Shown here: positions 62,008-64,000 of the stretch, piece by piece
How positions within the stretch are numbered: the first letter of the stretch is position 1
Layout of the letters: each line of letters begins with the position of its first letter
DNA from: Klebsormidium nitens
Lineage: Eukaryota; Plantae; Klebsormidiophyceae
Length of the DNA: 64,000 bases
Assembly (NCBI GenBank): GCA_000708835.1
Contig: DF237058.1
Coordinates: 62,001-126,000 of the forward strand
Reading direction: 5' to 3'
Notes under the pieces: model-generated
Seen by the model: the letters and a program-made list of their open reading frames with translations, nothing else
Databases searched by the model: none
What the model was told of the DNA's origin: nothing
Made by a program: the position numbers and the translations under genes

Positions 62008-63860
62008 GTGCATACAAAATGGCGGCGTCAGATGGAATTTTACCAGACGGCTGCTCGATCGTGCAGAAAGTATGGTACCGGCCAAGAATTCCGCGCGATA
62101 AGAAGTGAACTTGGCAGGACTAAGGCATATCAGGCTGGAAACTTAGGTAGGCCGGCACGCAGAACTCGAGTCCTCGTGAACGGTTCATTCATATTGAAGA
62201 TTCGGGAAACATATACTGTTATACAGGGTACGAAGTCTGAGATATCGGTTCGAGGGCCCATACCATGGTCTCAGTTACCTTTCAATTTCATCTTCTTGTT
62301 TTCGCTAAATGTGACGCATATCTGCTGATTGCATGTACGTGGCGCATGACGATACCGTGGAGGACGGATCTTCTGAAATCGTTTGATGATAGCTGTCGCG
62401 TAGAAAATTTTAACCTCAAGCGCGTGCGGCTGCCACCGCAACATGGCGAGGACTGATATAAATCAGGGTCACTGCAATGAACGTGAGAAGCGCAAAGTCT
62501 TTCAATCTACCTTTCCGACGTGGAATAAGATTGTTTATGATTTTACTATGATAAGCATACAGGCTTTCTTTTTTCTCAGCAATATATTTGATCTCAGTTC
62601 GCTCGAACACATGTCTTGCCTCTGCCTTCTGCTGCTCGCCGGCACCAATAGCTCCGCCTTATGACTCTCGAAAGAGAACCTCGTGCCGTCGGAGAGAAAA
62701 AGGATCCTACCAGCATGATCGTCACAATTGTGTTCCATACAACTGATACGGGAAGCTTCGCTGACGTCACCTGCAACCGACACGTTGCAGCACAGCTCTC
62801 AGCCTCATGTTGGACATTCCTACTTGCCAGCATGGGCTCGTGTTTCACTGCCGCATCCCAAACGACAGGGTAACCAGTCCGACCAGGAATGACGTCCACG
62901 TGGACGTCCCCTTCTTCTCAAGAGGCGGGGGCAAATCCCTCTATCCAGCATAATATCTTTATCGTGGAAAACAATTTGCAGGTTACGGAAGGAAGGGTCA
63001 AGATAGAGGGCTTCTATGCTCTGGCTGGAAAAACCGGCGCTTCCAAGTAGGCTCAAACGACAAGGAGACGAGATCGCGCATGGATGCTGGCAAGTTCCTG
63101 TTCTCTACGTGGCTAAGGCAGGATTGGCTTAAACTCTTTGCCATCTTTGTTGTCCTGGCGATTCAAGCTGACACCGTTACAACTCCTTCTGATTCGAAGA
63201 TAGTCGTTGTCACAAACGACAACAAGACCCAGCCACGGACTTTGAGCTGCGGTATGTATTGCCGTTTCCAATCTCAAGTTTCTGAGAACTTGTCCGGGGC
63301 GTCCTTGTCGAACAGCGCCAGCACCCGGGCCACTTATTGCTCGCTGCCACCTGGCGCGTGCTTCATTGCCTATGACTGCAGGCCCGTTCCCCACGCCCGA
63401 CTGACAAGGGGTTGACAGAAATAAACTGATGAAGAACGTCTGCATCTCTCGGGGGGGGAACATTAAGCAGAGGCGGCGGGAGTAGAGAGCGCCTCTTCAG
63501 ATCGGATCTCAAAAAACCTACGGCGAGAACGACGTTTGCACAGATTCAAAGGAGCTTACTTAATGAATAAACACGACGAAAGCGACGGGCATCTAGGACG
63601 CGTTTTGGAACCATCTCTTAGGACCTTTTCTCCAAGCCCACTCCCGGAATCATCTGGAACGAGAGAGGGCCGCCGGCCGCGGCCGCATGCCCCAAATGCA
63701 GCGACTCAGCGAAGCCGCTCGCTTCTCAAAACCCTTTCCAAACCGCGCCCGCGTGCCTTTTGGCGGCCGCGAAGTATTACGCGTAACAGTTGTGTTTGTT
63801 CAAGTTGACGCTCAGCAAAAAGTGACTTCTTCACAGCGTATGGGCGCACTTCTGAGCGCC

Positions 63861-64000
63861 ATGGGTCTCTCCGACTGGTACACCGCAAGGTGGGGTCGCC
63901 CTGGCGCAGACAGCATCTCCCCTGAACAGCTACAAAAGCTTGACTCCAATTATGTGAAAGCAACTTCTCCGGAAGAAGCGCTGATGACGAAACAGCAGGC
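63861..64000 (+). CDS. Orphan family 2, copy 3, truncated by the window edge
   Basis: MGLSDWYTARWGRPGADSISPEQLQKLDSNYVKATSPEEALMTKQQ.. is open to base 64000 and preceded by the same upstream sequence as copies 1 and 2. Confidence 0.75.
   Translation, partial: MGLSDWYTARWGRPGADSISPEQLQKLDSNYVKATSPEEALMTKQQ

Larger units (their letters stand above)
58800..64000 (+). repeat. Tandem duplication units (about 2.2 and 2.6 kb) carrying family 2 with conserved upstream and downstream flanks
   Basis: Shared upstream aaccctt..aa.cgcgcccgcgtg..gcggccgcg..tgggcgcacttc..agcgcc at about 58900, 61090 and 63730. Downstream homology between 60000-60600 and 62210-62720. Confidence 0.85.

Noticed and set aside
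63113-63463. RNase H-like (DIRS/LINE) reading of ..LVVVCDNDY..LNRQ
   Set aside because: Motif spacing does not fit, the upstream catalytic Asp/Glu pattern is missing, and there is no adjacent RT or tyrosine recombinase.

Overview
Eukaryotic nuclear DNA from a green-plant lineage: GT-AG introns of about 0.1-0.9 kb, plant-type gene products and a compact gene-dense layout. A streptophyte alga such as Klebsormidium is my inference, not something the sequence proves. Housekeeping genes reconstructed by hand from splice sites and recognisable protein motifs: RPL32 (partial), SF3A1, an intron-containing tRNA-Ala(CGC), an organelle-targeted RidA, a GT61 glycosyltransferase with a long coiled-coil stem, a TBC Rab-GAP, CAF-1 p60/FAS2 and SNX1. 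Interleaved with these are two locally expanding orphan families. The first has four copies of a helical (ARM/HEAT-like) plus C-terminal MYND zinc-finger gene: one intact, three carrying stops or frameshifts, with a recent gene-conversion tract and shared upstream motifs. The second has three tandem copies of an intronless gene of about 250 aa with no domain I recognise. The most unusual observations are degenerate tandem echoes of exon-intron junctions inside SNX1 introns, a seven-fold array of ASF1-binding-like RRITP motifs in the CAF-1 p60 tail, and a 13-bp intronic inverted repeat bracketing RPL32 exon 2. I found no CRISPR array, transposase/RT ORF or prokaryote-type system. There is one 203-N assembly gap, and single-base frameshifts could be sequencing errors. 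No database searches were run.
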